Shown here one piece after another: positions 19,123 through 28,889 of a stretch of 64,000 nucleotides of DNA (positions are counted from its first letter, which is position 1; each line of letters starts with the position of its first letter). The stretch comes from Candidatus Zhuqueibacterota bacterium (GTDB lineage: Bacteria; Zhuqueibacterota; Zhuqueibacteria; Residuimicrobiales; Residuimicrobiaceae): positions 989 through 64,988 of the forward strand of contig CAUJEL010000147.1 in NCBI GenBank assembly GCA_963169875.1, in the 5' to 3' direction. The notes beneath the pieces are model-generated. The model saw nothing but the letters and a program-made list of their open reading frames with translations, was not told where the DNA came from and did not search any database. The translations under genes were made by a program, and so were the position numbers.

Positions 19123-20526
19123 ATGAAGCGCCTGTTTGCGTTTGCCTTGTTTGCGTCGTTCCTTGCAAATTCCAGTATGGCTTCATCGCCCCTGGCCTTG
19201 AGTCTGGATGTCGCACAATTCCGGGGGTCTGATAAACAGAATTACCTGGAAATTTATTATTCCATGCCTGAAATGGCGCCGTCCTACGTCAAAAACGCGG
19301 ATGAGCCGTACACTTGCTCCGTGCTGTTCAATCTCCATATCTTTCAGGATGATACCTTGTGGGCCACCAAAGTCTGGCGCATCAATAACACGCTTGCCGA
19401 TACCGCCAAAAAGGAAAATGGCAAACAACTGGTCGACCTCATCCGCTACCCCGTGGAGGCTGGACATCCCTATCTGATCAAACTGTTCGTCAAGGATATC
19501 AGCGATGGCCGCATCGACAGCGTTCAGGCGGAATATACTTCTGCAAATTTCAATGCGGAGACCGTTTGTCTCAGCGATCTGCAGCTCGCCAGCACCATTC
19601 AGGCTTTTGACAGCACCTGTTCCGAATCGTTTCATAAACGCTTTTACTGCGTTCTCCCCAATCCCGAAATGACCTATGGCGAGAAAGCGACCGACTTGCA
19701 TTTTTATTTCGAAGCCTATCATCTGGATACGGGTCTGGCCGATGGCGTATTCAGAGTGCGAACACGCATCCTCGATAACCAGGGAAATCCAACCGCCTCC
19801 GTCCCTGCGGTTGAGAACGTCCGGCCCAAACGTCAGGAGATGATCCGGGAGATCGGTCAATTCTCCACCGCCAATCTGCGCAGCGGCGTCTATGCGCTGG
19901 AATACAGCGTGCTCGATTCCTCGGGAACCATCAAAGCGCAGCGCAGCAAGATGTTTCTGGTGCAAAATCCCTCCATCAAAGAGATGGCAGCGGTCTTCGG
20001 GGACGACCAAAGTGTCATGACCTTTTTGGATGGCTTGAGTGCTGCGGCCCTGGATCAGGAGTTTGACAAATTGTATCCCATATCTAAAAAAGAGGAGCGC
20101 GAGATCTTTCGCAGCATGAAGGAGGCCGATGCAAAACGTGCCTATCTCTACAATTATTGGCGCGCCTCAAAACCCCCGGCCTATGCGAACGTGGAAGCAT
20201 TCCGCCGGGATTATCTCGAGCAAGCGGCCTATGTCAATAACACCTATGCCATGCGCTCCAGGCCCGGATGGAAGACGGACCGCGGCATGATTTATCTGCG
20301 CTACGGCCGTCCATCCGACATTGAACGCCATACCCTCGGCCAGGATACCAACCCCTACGAAATCTGGCGCTATGACCAGTATGAAGGCGGCGTCATCTTT
20401 GTCTTTGTCGACCGCATCGGATTCAACCAGTACGAGCTCATCCATTCCACCAAACGTGGCGAGCTTTACGATCCCAATTATCAGAGACTATTACAACCCA
20501 CTTCGGACCAAAACTTTCAGATGTGA
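19123..20526 (+). CDS. GWxTD domain-containing protein
   Basis: Signal peptide. C-terminal GWKTDRGMIYLRYGRPSDIER…YEIWRY… matches the GWxTD signature. Confidence 0.8.
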   Translation: MKRLFAFALFASFLANSSMASSPLALSLDVAQFRGSDKQNYLEIYYSMPEMAPSYVKNADEPYTCSVLFNLHIFQDDTLWATKVWRINNTLADTAKKENGKQLVDLIRYPVEAGHPYLIKLFVKDISDGRIDSVQAEYTSANFNAETVCLSDLQLASTIQAFDSTCSESFHKRFYCVLPNPEMTYGEKATDLHFYFEAYHLDTGLADGVFRVRTRILDNQGNPTASVPAVENVRPKRQEMIREIGQFSTANLRSGVYALEYSVLDSSGTIKAQRSKMFLVQNPSIKEMAAVFGDDQSVMTFLDGLSAAALDQEFDKLYPISKKEEREIFRSMKEADAKRAYLYNYWRASKPPAYANVEAFRRDYLEQAAYVNNTYAMRSRPGWKTDRGMIYLRYGRPSDIERHTLGQDTNPYEIWRYDQYEGGVIFVFVDRIGFNQYELIHSTKRGELYDPNYQRLLQPTSDQNFQM

Positions 20527-20528
20527 TT

Positions 20529-21299
20529 ATGACAAAAAAAACACTTTACCATCTCAGCGCATTCCTGCTCGTTTTAGCCCTCATGGCGTGTAAAAAGGAG
20601 ACCCTTCCCACGCCGCTTTTGCTGCCCCATGACGATCGCAGTGAAGTCAAATATGTCTGCTATATCACCAACGATCAAAGAGAATTGCAGCACGACATGA
20701 CCTATCTGTCGCGATTTTATGTGCGCACGGATTCTTCGACGGGAAAACATATTCATTATTATATTGAAAACAATAAATTAATACGCTACTACGGAGATGA
20801 CGACGGGACCTTGTGGCAGGAGGTCAAACTCGATCTCGCCGTCTATGCGCTCAATGCCGGTTATCCCTATCGCGAGCCCATCCCGTTTTCCTACTGGAAA
20901 CCCATTTTCAGGAAGAAGCAGGGCTTTGGCAGCGAGTGGGATGTAAACGTGGATACGACGTACACCGTGGCCGATTCAACGAATCAGCCCCATGAATTTC
21001 AATTCACCTTTGCCGGTGAAGCGCGGCTCGATGGCTGGACGGATCTCATTGTTCCCGCACGACGCGACAGCGCGCTGCGGGTGCTGAATGTCCATTGGAA
21101 GTCCTTCACACAATCCGTATATGACCGGACTGCAAAGGATTCCGTGTGGGTGCAGCGGGGTGAAGGCCGGGAGTTTTTTCATCCACAATTCGGGCTGGCG
21201 CGCAGCATGAGCGATTACACGGTCATGCGCAAAAACCAGGCCCCCGTTTCGCGGAAAAGTACCATGGATCTCTATTACATGCTCATTCCGAACCGATGA
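20529..21299 (+). CDS. Hypothetical lipoprotein
   Basis: Start-stop coupled to the upstream gene. Lipobox (LVLALMAC). No recognisable domain. Confidence 0.6.
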   Translation: MTKKTLYHLSAFLLVLALMACKKETLPTPLLLPHDDRSEVKYVCYITNDQRELQHDMTYLSRFYVRTDSSTGKHIHYYIENNKLIRYYGDDDGTLWQEVKLDLAVYALNAGYPYREPIPFSYWKPIFRKKQGFGSEWDVNVDTTYTVADSTNQPHEFQFTFAGEARLDGWTDLIVPARRDSALRVLNVHWKSFTQSVYDRTAKDSVWVQRGEGREFFHPQFGLARSMSDYTVMRKNQAPVSRKSTMDLYYMLIPNR

Positions 21300-21336
21300 T
21301 GCATAATTTTCATTTCAAAATACGCCGGATGGTGTC

Positions 21337-23583
21337 ATGGTGAAAAGAATCGCTGTGGTTGCTTGTGTGCTATGGATGATTGGCGCGCTCTCCGGCTGGT
21401 GCTCTGCACCAACCGGAAAAATCAGTCCCGCTCTGCAAAGAATGATTCACCTTTATCAATCGCAGGGACCATTGGCACTTGGCAAAACGGGAAATGTTGA
21501 AGACCGTTCTCGTCTTTCCATGATTGCTAGTGGCCGGTTGCAGGCCGCTGACGTCGCACGCCGCGGCGGTGTACTGCGCTGGCAGCGGGATGGATTTGCC
21601 ATTATCAATGCACCGGCTGCCGCGGTGGAAAATTTGCTGCAGGTGCCGGGTTTGACCTGGCTGGAAGCGGATCAGATGGCGCTGCCAACCGCGGATGTCA
21701 GCATGAAGGAAATCGGCGCCATCGCGGCGCGGGAAAATACCGGACTCACCGGCAAAGGCGTCCTCATCGGCATCGTGGACTCGGGTATCGATTGGACGCA
21801 CCCTGATTTTCTCAGCAGTGACGGCAAGACCCGCATCAAATATATTTTCGATATGAGTGTAAACGGACCTTACTATGGCGGAACTGTCTATACGGAAGAC
21901 GATATCAACGCTTCTCTGGCCGGCGCTGCCATTGTTAAACAACATGATTTCAGCGGTCATGGCTCCCATGTCGCCGGTATTGCAGCAGGGGACGGAAGCA
22001 CCACAAAGAATTACGGCGGCTATGCAGGCGTCGCGCCCGAGGCGAACCTGATCATCGTCAAAGCCACCCGCAACACCTACACTTCCGAGTTCAGCAGCTC
22101 CGATCAGTTGCTGGCCATCGATTTCATCGACAGCGCTGCGGCGCTCATCGGACAACCGTGCGTCATCAATCTCAGTTTTGGATCGCTTTTCGGCGCCCAT
22201 GACGGCACCTCCGCGGTGGAGCGGTTTATCGATATGGTATCCGGCCCCGGCAGAGTCGTGGTGGCGGCCTCCGGCAATGAAGGCGGCAAAAAGACGCATG
22301 CCCAGGCCGAGCTGGGCACAACAACAGCACAGGTATCGGTGACGATTCCCGAGTATTCAGCCAATGCCGGGTCCGGCAACGATCTCTTTGTTCTCGATGG
22401 CTGGTATGACGGCGGCAATTCAGTGACCGTCACGGTCATCTCACCCCGCGGACAAATTTTCGGTCCCGTCGCTGATGGCGGGTACCTCGGCAAAAACAGC
22501 ATCGATGGCCAGGTTCTCATCTGGAATGGTTTGTACGATACTGGCAGCGACATTGTGCCGGGCGTCGACCCCTACAATCAGGACAAGGAAATTGTGATTC
22601 AGGTGGGCGATGATTTGGGCACCGCGCCGCGCGCCGGCGAGTGGACCGTGCGGATGAGCGGACGGTCCGGTAGCGTGCATTTCTGGATGGCCAATAAATC
22701 CATGGAAGCGGTCTTTAATGAAGGGGTTTCCGATCGCATGTCTTTGACCATCCCCAGCACCAGCAAGAGCGCGATCAGCGTCGGCGCCTATACGACGCGG
22801 GAAACCTGGCATGATCTGGACGGGAACAATCTGACGATTGATACCAAAGGGGATATCACGGTGGGCGATGTGGCCGAGTTCTCCGGCGCGGGGCCCAGCC
22901 GGGATAATCGCATCAAGCCGGAAATCACGGCGCCCGGCCGCATCGTCGGCAGCACCATGTCCAGCGATGCCGATCCCAGCGGTTTGTACAGCATATTTGT
23001 TTCTCCGGATGGTTCTTTTCCGAACGCTTTTGTGCTGGAGGATGGATTACACGCCATGTCGTTGGGTACCAGCATGGCGGCGCCGCACGTCAGCGGCACC
23101 GTAGCCCTTTTGCTGGAAAAGTATCCCACGGCCGATGCAGCGCGCATCAAGCAGGCCTTGATTTATACGGTCCGCGCCATGAGTGCCGCAAAAAGGGATC
23201 AATGGGGCTATGGCAAAATCAACTGCGCCGCCGCCGCGGCGCTGCGGTTCGAAGATCTCCCGGAAGATCCCAATAATAATCCACCGGTTGCTTTCAAGGT
23301 TTCCAGACCGTATCCAAATCCGTTCAGTTATTCAACCATGGTGGACTATGAAATTCCGCTCACAGCGGGTGGTGAAAATCAGCTGACCATCCATATCTAT
23401 AATTCATTGGGTCAGGCGGTGCGGTCTCTCTATGATGGCCGTGTTTCCTCGGGCCGCTATTCCATTCTCTGGAATGGCCGCAATTCTGTCAATCAACCCG
23501 TTGCCAGCGGCGTCTATTTTATCGAATTCAAGTATGGTTCAAATCGCCTGATCGAAAAAATATGTCTGCTCGCCGGAAAATAG
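21337..23583 (+). CDS. Subtilisin-like serine protease (peptidase S8) with T9SS C-terminal sorting domain
   Basis: Catalytic triad motifs (IVDSGID, HGSHVAG, GTSMAAPHVSG). C-terminal …RPYPNPFSYSTMVDY…IHIYNSLGQAV…ASGVYFIEF… tail. Confidence 0.9.
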   Translation: MVKRIAVVACVLWMIGALSGWCSAPTGKISPALQRMIHLYQSQGPLALGKTGNVEDRSRLSMIASGRLQAADVARRGGVLRWQRDGFAIINAPAAAVENLLQVPGLTWLEADQMALPTADVSMKEIGAIAARENTGLTGKGVLIGIVDSGIDWTHPDFLSSDGKTRIKYIFDMSVNGPYYGGTVYTEDDINASLAGAAIVKQHDFSGHGSHVAGIAAGDGSTTKNYGGYAGVAPEANLIIVKATRNTYTSEFSSSDQLLAIDFIDSAAALIGQPCVINLSFGSLFGAHDGTSAVERFIDMVSGPGRVVVAASGNEGGKKTHAQAELGTTTAQVSVTIPEYSANAGSGNDLFVLDGWYDGGNSVTVTVISPRGQIFGPVADGGYLGKNSIDGQVLIWNGLYDTGSDIVPGVDPYNQDKEIVIQVGDDLGTAPRAGEWTVRMSGRSGSVHFWMANKSMEAVFNEGVSDRMSLTIPSTSKSAISVGAYTTRETWHDLDGNNLTIDTKGDITVGDVAEFSGAGPSRDNRIKPEITAPGRIVGSTMSSDADPSGLYSIFVSPDGSFPNAFVLEDGLHAMSLGTSMAAPHVSGTVALLLEKYPTADAARIKQALIYTVRAMSAAKRDQWGYGKINCAAAAALRFEDLPEDPNNNPPVAFKVSRPYPNPFSYSTMVDYEIPLTAGGENQLTIHIYNSLGQAVRSLYDGRVSSGRYSILWNGRNSVNQPVASGVYFIEFKYGSNRLIEKICLLAGK

Positions 23584-23656
23584 GAATGCCGCTGCACGCG
23601 TGCGCCGGCGGCTGTGCTGATTTATCGCGTAATCAGGGATGTACAGGAGTTGGGAA

Positions 23657-23971
23657 ATGGCTTCAATTTTTGCAGAGTTGAATAAAGGGATTCGTGAAGG
23701 CGTCACGTTGATCGTCGAAAAAACCGGCAGCGTGACCAGGAACATCAAGCACAATATTGATGTCCTCGGCCTCAAAAGAGAGGTGGAACGGCTGTTTTAT
23801 GAATTGGGCGGCCGTACATTTGAATTGCTGTCGCACGAGCCCCCTGCCGATATCGCCGCCGATCCGGAAGTCCAGGAACTCTATCAGAAATTGCGCGAAT
23901 TGGATGAGCAACTCGCCGCCCGGGAAGCCGAAAGCGCCTCCCCGAAAACGGACCCGCCCGGATCCCTTTAG
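23657..23971 (+). CDS. Small hypothetical coiled-coil protein
   Basis: An AGGAG ribosome-binding site precedes the ATG at 23657 (an alternative ATG lies at 23639). No recognisable family. Confidence 0.4.
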   Translation: MASIFAELNKGIREGVTLIVEKTGSVTRNIKHNIDVLGLKREVERLFYELGGRTFELLSHEPPADIAADPEVQELYQKLRELDEQLAAREAESASPKTDPPGSL

Positions 23972-24084
23972 CCGGGAAAACACCAACGGTTTATTAGTCA
24001 GAGGCGAAGGCGCCTCCCCGAAAACGGCCCGCCCGGATCCTGAGTTCATTTTGCATCAACACTTTTGTCGCGTCAGGAGAGTGT

Positions 24085-25458
24085 ATGAGAGAGATGAGCG
24101 CACCGGCACGCGAAGAGGATTTGTATCGCATCTGGCCCTCTCTCGCAGGGATGTCCTGTAACTATGCGAGCATCGATGGCAAGACCATTCAGATTTTGGA
24201 ATGCGGCACGCGAAACCATGACGCCGGCCCCGATTTTCTCAATGCGCTTGTACGCATCGATGGAACTCTTTTACGCGGCCATGTGGAAATCCACCTTTCT
24301 GCTGCGGACTGGTTTGCGCATCACCACCACAGCGACCGCCGTTACAACCGCGTCCTCCTTCATCTTGTCCATCATCCTTGCCCTGCGCAATTCCAGGCTT
24401 TGCATGAGGATGGCACCGCTGCGGTGACGATGAGTTTGCAGGATCAGACTGCCACCACCTTCCCTGTAACCATTCACCTCGAACCCCACGCTGCGTTTCA
24501 CTGCGCGCTGGCTGAACGTGAACTAATGACCATTCTTGCCCATCTGGACCACAGAGGGCATGAGCGCTTCCGTCAGCAGCAGGCGTGCTTTCTCGAACTC
24601 CGGCCCAACCAGGAGTGGGAGCAGATATTTTATTACGGTTTGCTGTCCGGGCTTGGCTATGGCAAAAATGGAATCCCTTTCCGCCGCCTTGCCTTCGTAC
24701 TGCCTGTTTCCAGGCTGTGGGACTCCATGCGGGACTTGCCTGAGGATCAGGCGCTGGAATTCTGTGAAGCCATGATTTTTGCAGCTGCCGGCATCCTGCC
24801 AGATCCCGGAGAAGCAGACGACAGCGCAAGTCAAAACTATCCAGAACGGTTGGTACGGCAATGGGAGAAATGGCGCGGGGTGTTCCGCATCGTCCCGATG
24901 CAGCCTGAGGAGTGGCAATTTTTCCGGCTTCGGCCCAACAATTTTCCCACCCGGCGGCTGGCGGCGCTGGCGCGGCTGGTGAAACGATGCAGCGCCGGCG
25001 GATTTATCAAACCGGTCCTCTCCATGTTGCATGCTGTTGAAATGGACAGCGGCGCGTGCTTCAGGTCGCTGGAGATCTTTTTTCAGGTCACCGCAGAAGG
25101 GTATTGGCAGGATCATTACCATTTCGGCAACCGTGCCCTTGCCTTGACCGGAAAGCGGCCTGCCTATTTGATTGGCAGAGGCCGCAGCCGCAATTTACTG
25201 ATCAACATCGTGCTGCCGCTTCTTGCAGGTTATGCTTGTGAGAGTGAGGATGGCCGCCTTAACGCCGGCGTCCATGCCCTGTATGCCGGCTGTCCGCCGG
25301 GCGAGGATAACCTGGTCCTGCGCCGGATGTACCGGCAGCTCTTTGCGCAGCAGAGTGATGGCCCGATCAACACCCTGGCGGTTCATGAGCAGGGTATGAT
25401 GCAGTTGGCGCAGCGATGGTGCGGCCGGGATCGCTGCGATGAATGTGTGGCCGGTTGA
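24085..25458 (+). CDS. Hypothetical protein, possibly DUF2851 family
   Basis: The size and an N-terminal GHVEIH…HHH-rich motif are recalled for DUF2851. Weak. Confidence 0.45.
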   Translation: MREMSAPAREEDLYRIWPSLAGMSCNYASIDGKTIQILECGTRNHDAGPDFLNALVRIDGTLLRGHVEIHLSAADWFAHHHHSDRRYNRVLLHLVHHPCPAQFQALHEDGTAAVTMSLQDQTATTFPVTIHLEPHAAFHCALAERELMTILAHLDHRGHERFRQQQACFLELRPNQEWEQIFYYGLLSGLGYGKNGIPFRRLAFVLPVSRLWDSMRDLPEDQALEFCEAMIFAAAGILPDPGEADDSASQNYPERLVRQWEKWRGVFRIVPMQPEEWQFFRLRPNNFPTRRLAALARLVKRCSAGGFIKPVLSMLHAVEMDSGACFRSLEIFFQVTAEGYWQDHYHFGNRALALTGKRPAYLIGRGRSRNLLINIVLPLLAGYACESEDGRLNAGVHALYAGCPPGEDNLVLRRMYRQLFAQQSDGPINTLAVHEQGMMQLAQRWCGRDRCDECVAG

Positions 25459-25605
25459 GTGACTGCAGCGGCATTGGCACGAGAGGGCTTGCAACGCGTG
25501 TTTACAGCACCCGGGGCATCCTTTTTGTTGACTTTTTGGCTAATTTTTTGTAATATAATAGGTTTTTAACGATGGAGAGTTGGACTGGTCAAGTGTGGAG
25601 CTGGC

Positions 25606-26331
25606 ATGGATTGGCAAAAGCCGGAAAAAAGTGAATTAGAGCCCGGCACGCTGTATGTTGTCAGCACACCGATCGGAAATTTGCGTGACATCTCCTTGCG
25701 CGCTTTGGATACCCTCTCCAGCGTGAATGTGATCGCTGCGGAGGATACGCGCACCAGCCGCATCTTGCTCAATCACTACGGCATTCGTACGCCCCTGATC
25801 AGTTACCACGATTATAATGAATCGATGGCGGCGCCGCAAATAGTTTCCCGGCTGCAGCAGAATATGAGCGTCGCGCTCATCTCCGATGCGGGGACACCGG
25901 GCATTTCCGATCCGGCGTTTTATCTGGTTCGCGCTGTGCTGGAGGCCGGACTTGCAGTGGTTGCCATCCCGGGCGCGACCGCTCTGGTGCCGGCGCTGGT
26001 GGCCTCGGGTTTGCCGTGCGACCGGTTCGTTTTTGAGGGGTTCTTGCCGCATAAAAAAGGCCGGCGCAAACGGCTGGATCAGCTGCGGTCGGAGACGAGA
26101 ACCATGGTTTTCTATGAATCTCCGCATCGCATTGAAAAAATGCTGCGCGAACTCTATGAAACATTGGGTGACCGGCCCGTTGTGATCATGCGCGAACTGA
26201 CCAAGAAATTCGAGCAAGCCATTCACGGTCAACTGGCCGATCTCGTGTCCGGCGTTGACACGCTGCCCCGCAAAGGGGAGTTTGTTGTTCTCGTCGGGGG
26301 TTCTGGAAAGCATACAGAAGAAAGAGATTAG
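25606..26331 (+). CDS. rsmI: 16S rRNA (cytidine1402-2'-O)-methyltransferase
   Basis: Tetrapyrrole-methylase-fold motifs (LYVVSTPIGNLRDIS…AAEDTR…). Confidence 0.9.
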   Translation: MDWQKPEKSELEPGTLYVVSTPIGNLRDISLRALDTLSSVNVIAAEDTRTSRILLNHYGIRTPLISYHDYNESMAAPQIVSRLQQNMSVALISDAGTPGISDPAFYLVRAVLEAGLAVVAIPGATALVPALVASGLPCDRFVFEGFLPHKKGRRKRLDQLRSETRTMVFYESPHRIEKMLRELYETLGDRPVVIMRELTKKFEQAIHGQLADLVSGVDTLPRKGEFVVLVGGSGKHTEERD

Positions 26332-26337
26332 AATTAT

Positions 26338-26991
26338 ATGAAAATTGAATTAATTCCCCCTGTCGTCAAACGCGGCTTCAAAGGCCTGCTGACGCCATTG
26401 ATCAGCTCGCTGGTTCGTCTGAAGCTTAATCCGAATTGGCTGACGACGCTCTCCTTTTTTATCAGCATTATTTCCGCCATTCAGTTCGGCCGCGGCCGTT
26501 TGGTTTGGGGCGCTGTGGCGTTGCTTTCCAGTGGCCTGTTGGACATGCTCGATGGCGCCGTGGCCAGAGCCTCGAATCGAGTGACCAAGTTCGGGGCGCT
26601 CTATGATTCCACGCTGGACCGCTACGCTGAGATCATGGTCTTTTTCGGCATCGCCTACTATTTTGTCAACAAGACCGGGCAGGGAACCGAGCATGGCTTG
26701 TTGATCAGCATGCTGGTATTCGTCGGCATCGCCGGTTCGCTCATGGTCAGCTATGTGCGCGCCCGCGCCGAGGGATTGGGACTGGCATGCAAAGTGGGTT
26801 TCATGCAGCGCCCCGAGCGCCTGGTTGCCATCAGCATCGGCGCCCTGGTGTCCGATGAATGGCTTGTAGGCGCCCTGGTTCTGATTGCGTTTTTTGCCAA
26901 TCTGACGGCGATTCAGCGCATCGTTTATATCTGGCTGACTGAAAATGCGGACAAATGGAAAAAACTGCCCACTGACGTGGATCATGAATAG
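26338..26991 (+). CDS. CDP-alcohol phosphatidyltransferase family protein (PgsA/phosphatidylinositol-phosphate synthase-like)
   Basis: Signature D-x2-D-G-x2-AR…G…D-x3-D (DMLDGAVARASNRVTKFGALYDSTLDRYAE). About six transmembrane segments. Confidence 0.85.
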   Translation: MKIELIPPVVKRGFKGLLTPLISSLVRLKLNPNWLTTLSFFISIISAIQFGRGRLVWGAVALLSSGLLDMLDGAVARASNRVTKFGALYDSTLDRYAEIMVFFGIAYYFVNKTGQGTEHGLLISMLVFVGIAGSLMVSYVRARAEGLGLACKVGFMQRPERLVAISIGALVSDEWLVGALVLIAFFANLTAIQRIVYIWLTENADKWKKLPTDVDHE

Positions 26992-27012
26992 CGGATGGAT
27001 GGGAGTCCTGCG

Positions 27013-27363
27013 ATGTTAAGAACCATGTGCCGCGCCAAGATACACCGTGCCCGTATCACAGACACACGCCTTGATTATGAAGGCAGCCTGACCCTGGACA
27101 GAACCTTGATGGATGCAGCTGGTTTGCTGCCGTTCGAACAAGTACAGGTGTTGAATATCAACAATGGCACGCGCGCCGAAACCTACCTCATCGAAGGGGA
27201 GGCCGGCAGCGGCATGGTATGCATCAATGGGGCACTGGCGCGATGGGCGGAAAAAAACGATCTCATCATCATCATTGCGTATGCGCAAGTCGACGAATCA
27301 GAACTGAAGACGTTCGCGCCGCAAATTGTTCATGTCGATGAGCGCAACCGCATCATTTCCTGA
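27013..27363 (+). CDS. panD: Aspartate 1-decarboxylase
   Basis: MLRTMCRAKIHRARIT…GSLT… The pyruvoyl-dependent PanD N-terminus and size match. Confidence 0.9.
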   Translation: MLRTMCRAKIHRARITDTRLDYEGSLTLDRTLMDAAGLLPFEQVQVLNINNGTRAETYLIEGEAGSGMVCINGALARWAEKNDLIIIIAYAQVDESELKTFAPQIVHVDERNRIIS

Positions 27364-27452
27364 ATTTCGAATAAATCATTCTTCCCGATGCAATCGGGAT
27401 TTGAATTCGTAAATAATTAAAACTCGCTCTGCCTGAAAGGAGTCATTCGTTC

Positions 27453-28766
27453 ATGGAAAAAGGCGTAAAAATTGATGAAGCTAAAGGCAAATTGGGCATC
27501 ATGCTGGTTGGCCTCGGCGCCGTGGCCACAACGGTGGTTGCCGGTGTGGAACTGGTTCGTAAAGGGCTTGCAAAACCCATCGGTTCTCTGACGCAGTTGG
27601 GAACCATTCGGTTGGGCAAGCGTACGGATAATCGTGTTCCCAAAATCAAGGAGTTTGTGCCGCTTGCTGACTTGCAAGACATCGTATTTGCCGCGTGGGA
27701 CATCTTTCCCGATAACGCCTACGAGGCTGCCATGACGGCCGGTGTGCTGCAGCCCAGTGATCTCGATAAAGTGCGCCCTGAACTCGAAGCCGTTAAACCG
27801 ATGAAAGCCGTTTTTGATAAATACTATGTCAAACGGCTCGAAGGCTCCCATGTCAAACAGGGCAAAAATAAAATGGAGCTGGCCGAACTGCTCATGCAGG
27901 ACATCGCCCAGTTCAAAAAAGAGCACAACCTCGACCGCATCGTCGTGGTCTGGTGCGCCAGCACCGAGATCTATGAACAGCACAATCCGGTATACGATTC
28001 ACTGGAAGTGTTCGAAAAAGCCATGATCGAAAACCACATCGCCGTTGCGCCCAGCATGATCTACGCCTACGCGGCCCTGAAGGCCGGTGTTCCCTTTGCC
28101 AATGGCGCTCCCAATGTGACCATCGATATCCCGGCCATGCTCGAATTGGCCAAAAACAATAATGTGCCCATCAGCGGCAAGGATTTCAAATCAGGCCAGA
28201 CCTTCATGAAAACGCTGATCGCGCCGGGTCTGAAGGCGAAGCAACTGGGTGTGTCCGGTTGGTTCTCCACCAACATTCTCGGTAACCGGGACGGCGAAGT
28301 TCTCGATGACCCGGAATCGTTCAAGAGCAAGGAAGTCTCGAAGCTTTCGGTTCTTGATACCATCTTTCAACCCGAACTCAATCCCGATCTCTATTCGGAT
28401 GTCTATCACAAGGTGCGCATCAATTACTATCCGCCGCGCGGTGATAACAAGGAAAGCTGGGATAATATCGATATCTTTGGCTGGCTCGGCTATCCCATGC
28501 AGATCAAAGTGAATTTTCTCTGCCGCGACAGCATCCTGGCCGCGCCGATTGTGCTGGATTTGGCCCTGTTCATGGATCTTGCGCAGCGCGCCCATATGAA
28601 AGGCATCCAGGAATGGCTCTCCTTCTTCTACAAGAGCCCGATGACGGTGCCAGGCCTGTACCCGGAACACGATGTCTTTATCCAGCTGATGAAGCTGAAA
28701 AATACCCTGCGCTTCCTGCGCGGCGAAGACCTCATCACCCATCTGGGATTAGAATATTACGATTGA
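27453..28766 (+). CDS. myo-Inositol-1-phosphate synthase (inositol-3-phosphate synthase)
   Basis: GAAAGGAG ribosome-binding site. N-terminal NAD-binding fold (IMLVGLGAVATT). Conserved MIPS core (…NGAPNV…SGKDFKSGQT…). Confidence 0.85.
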   Translation: MEKGVKIDEAKGKLGIMLVGLGAVATTVVAGVELVRKGLAKPIGSLTQLGTIRLGKRTDNRVPKIKEFVPLADLQDIVFAAWDIFPDNAYEAAMTAGVLQPSDLDKVRPELEAVKPMKAVFDKYYVKRLEGSHVKQGKNKMELAELLMQDIAQFKKEHNLDRIVVVWCASTEIYEQHNPVYDSLEVFEKAMIENHIAVAPSMIYAYAALKAGVPFANGAPNVTIDIPAMLELAKNNNVPISGKDFKSGQTFMKTLIAPGLKAKQLGVSGWFSTNILGNRDGEVLDDPESFKSKEVSKLSVLDTIFQPELNPDLYSDVYHKVRINYYPPRGDNKESWDNIDIFGWLGYPMQIKVNFLCRDSILAAPIVLDLALFMDLAQRAHMKGIQEWLSFFYKSPMTVPGLYPEHDVFIQLMKLKNTLRFLRGEDLITHLGLEYYD

Positions 28767-28790
28767 TGTTGTCGTATAAAGATGATGTAC

Positions 28791-28840
28791 ATCCCTGTTG
28801 TGGCGTCCTGCGGCACAACAGGGATATTTTTACTTTTTGG
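28791..28840 (+). terminator. Rho-independent terminator
   Basis: ATCCCTGTTGTG-gcgtcctgcgg-CACAACAGGGAT followed by ATTTTTACTTTTT. Confidence 0.55.
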
Positions 28841-28889
28841 GGCTTGGCTGCGGTGGCAGCATGGACATGCTTTTGGAAAATGAATCCTA

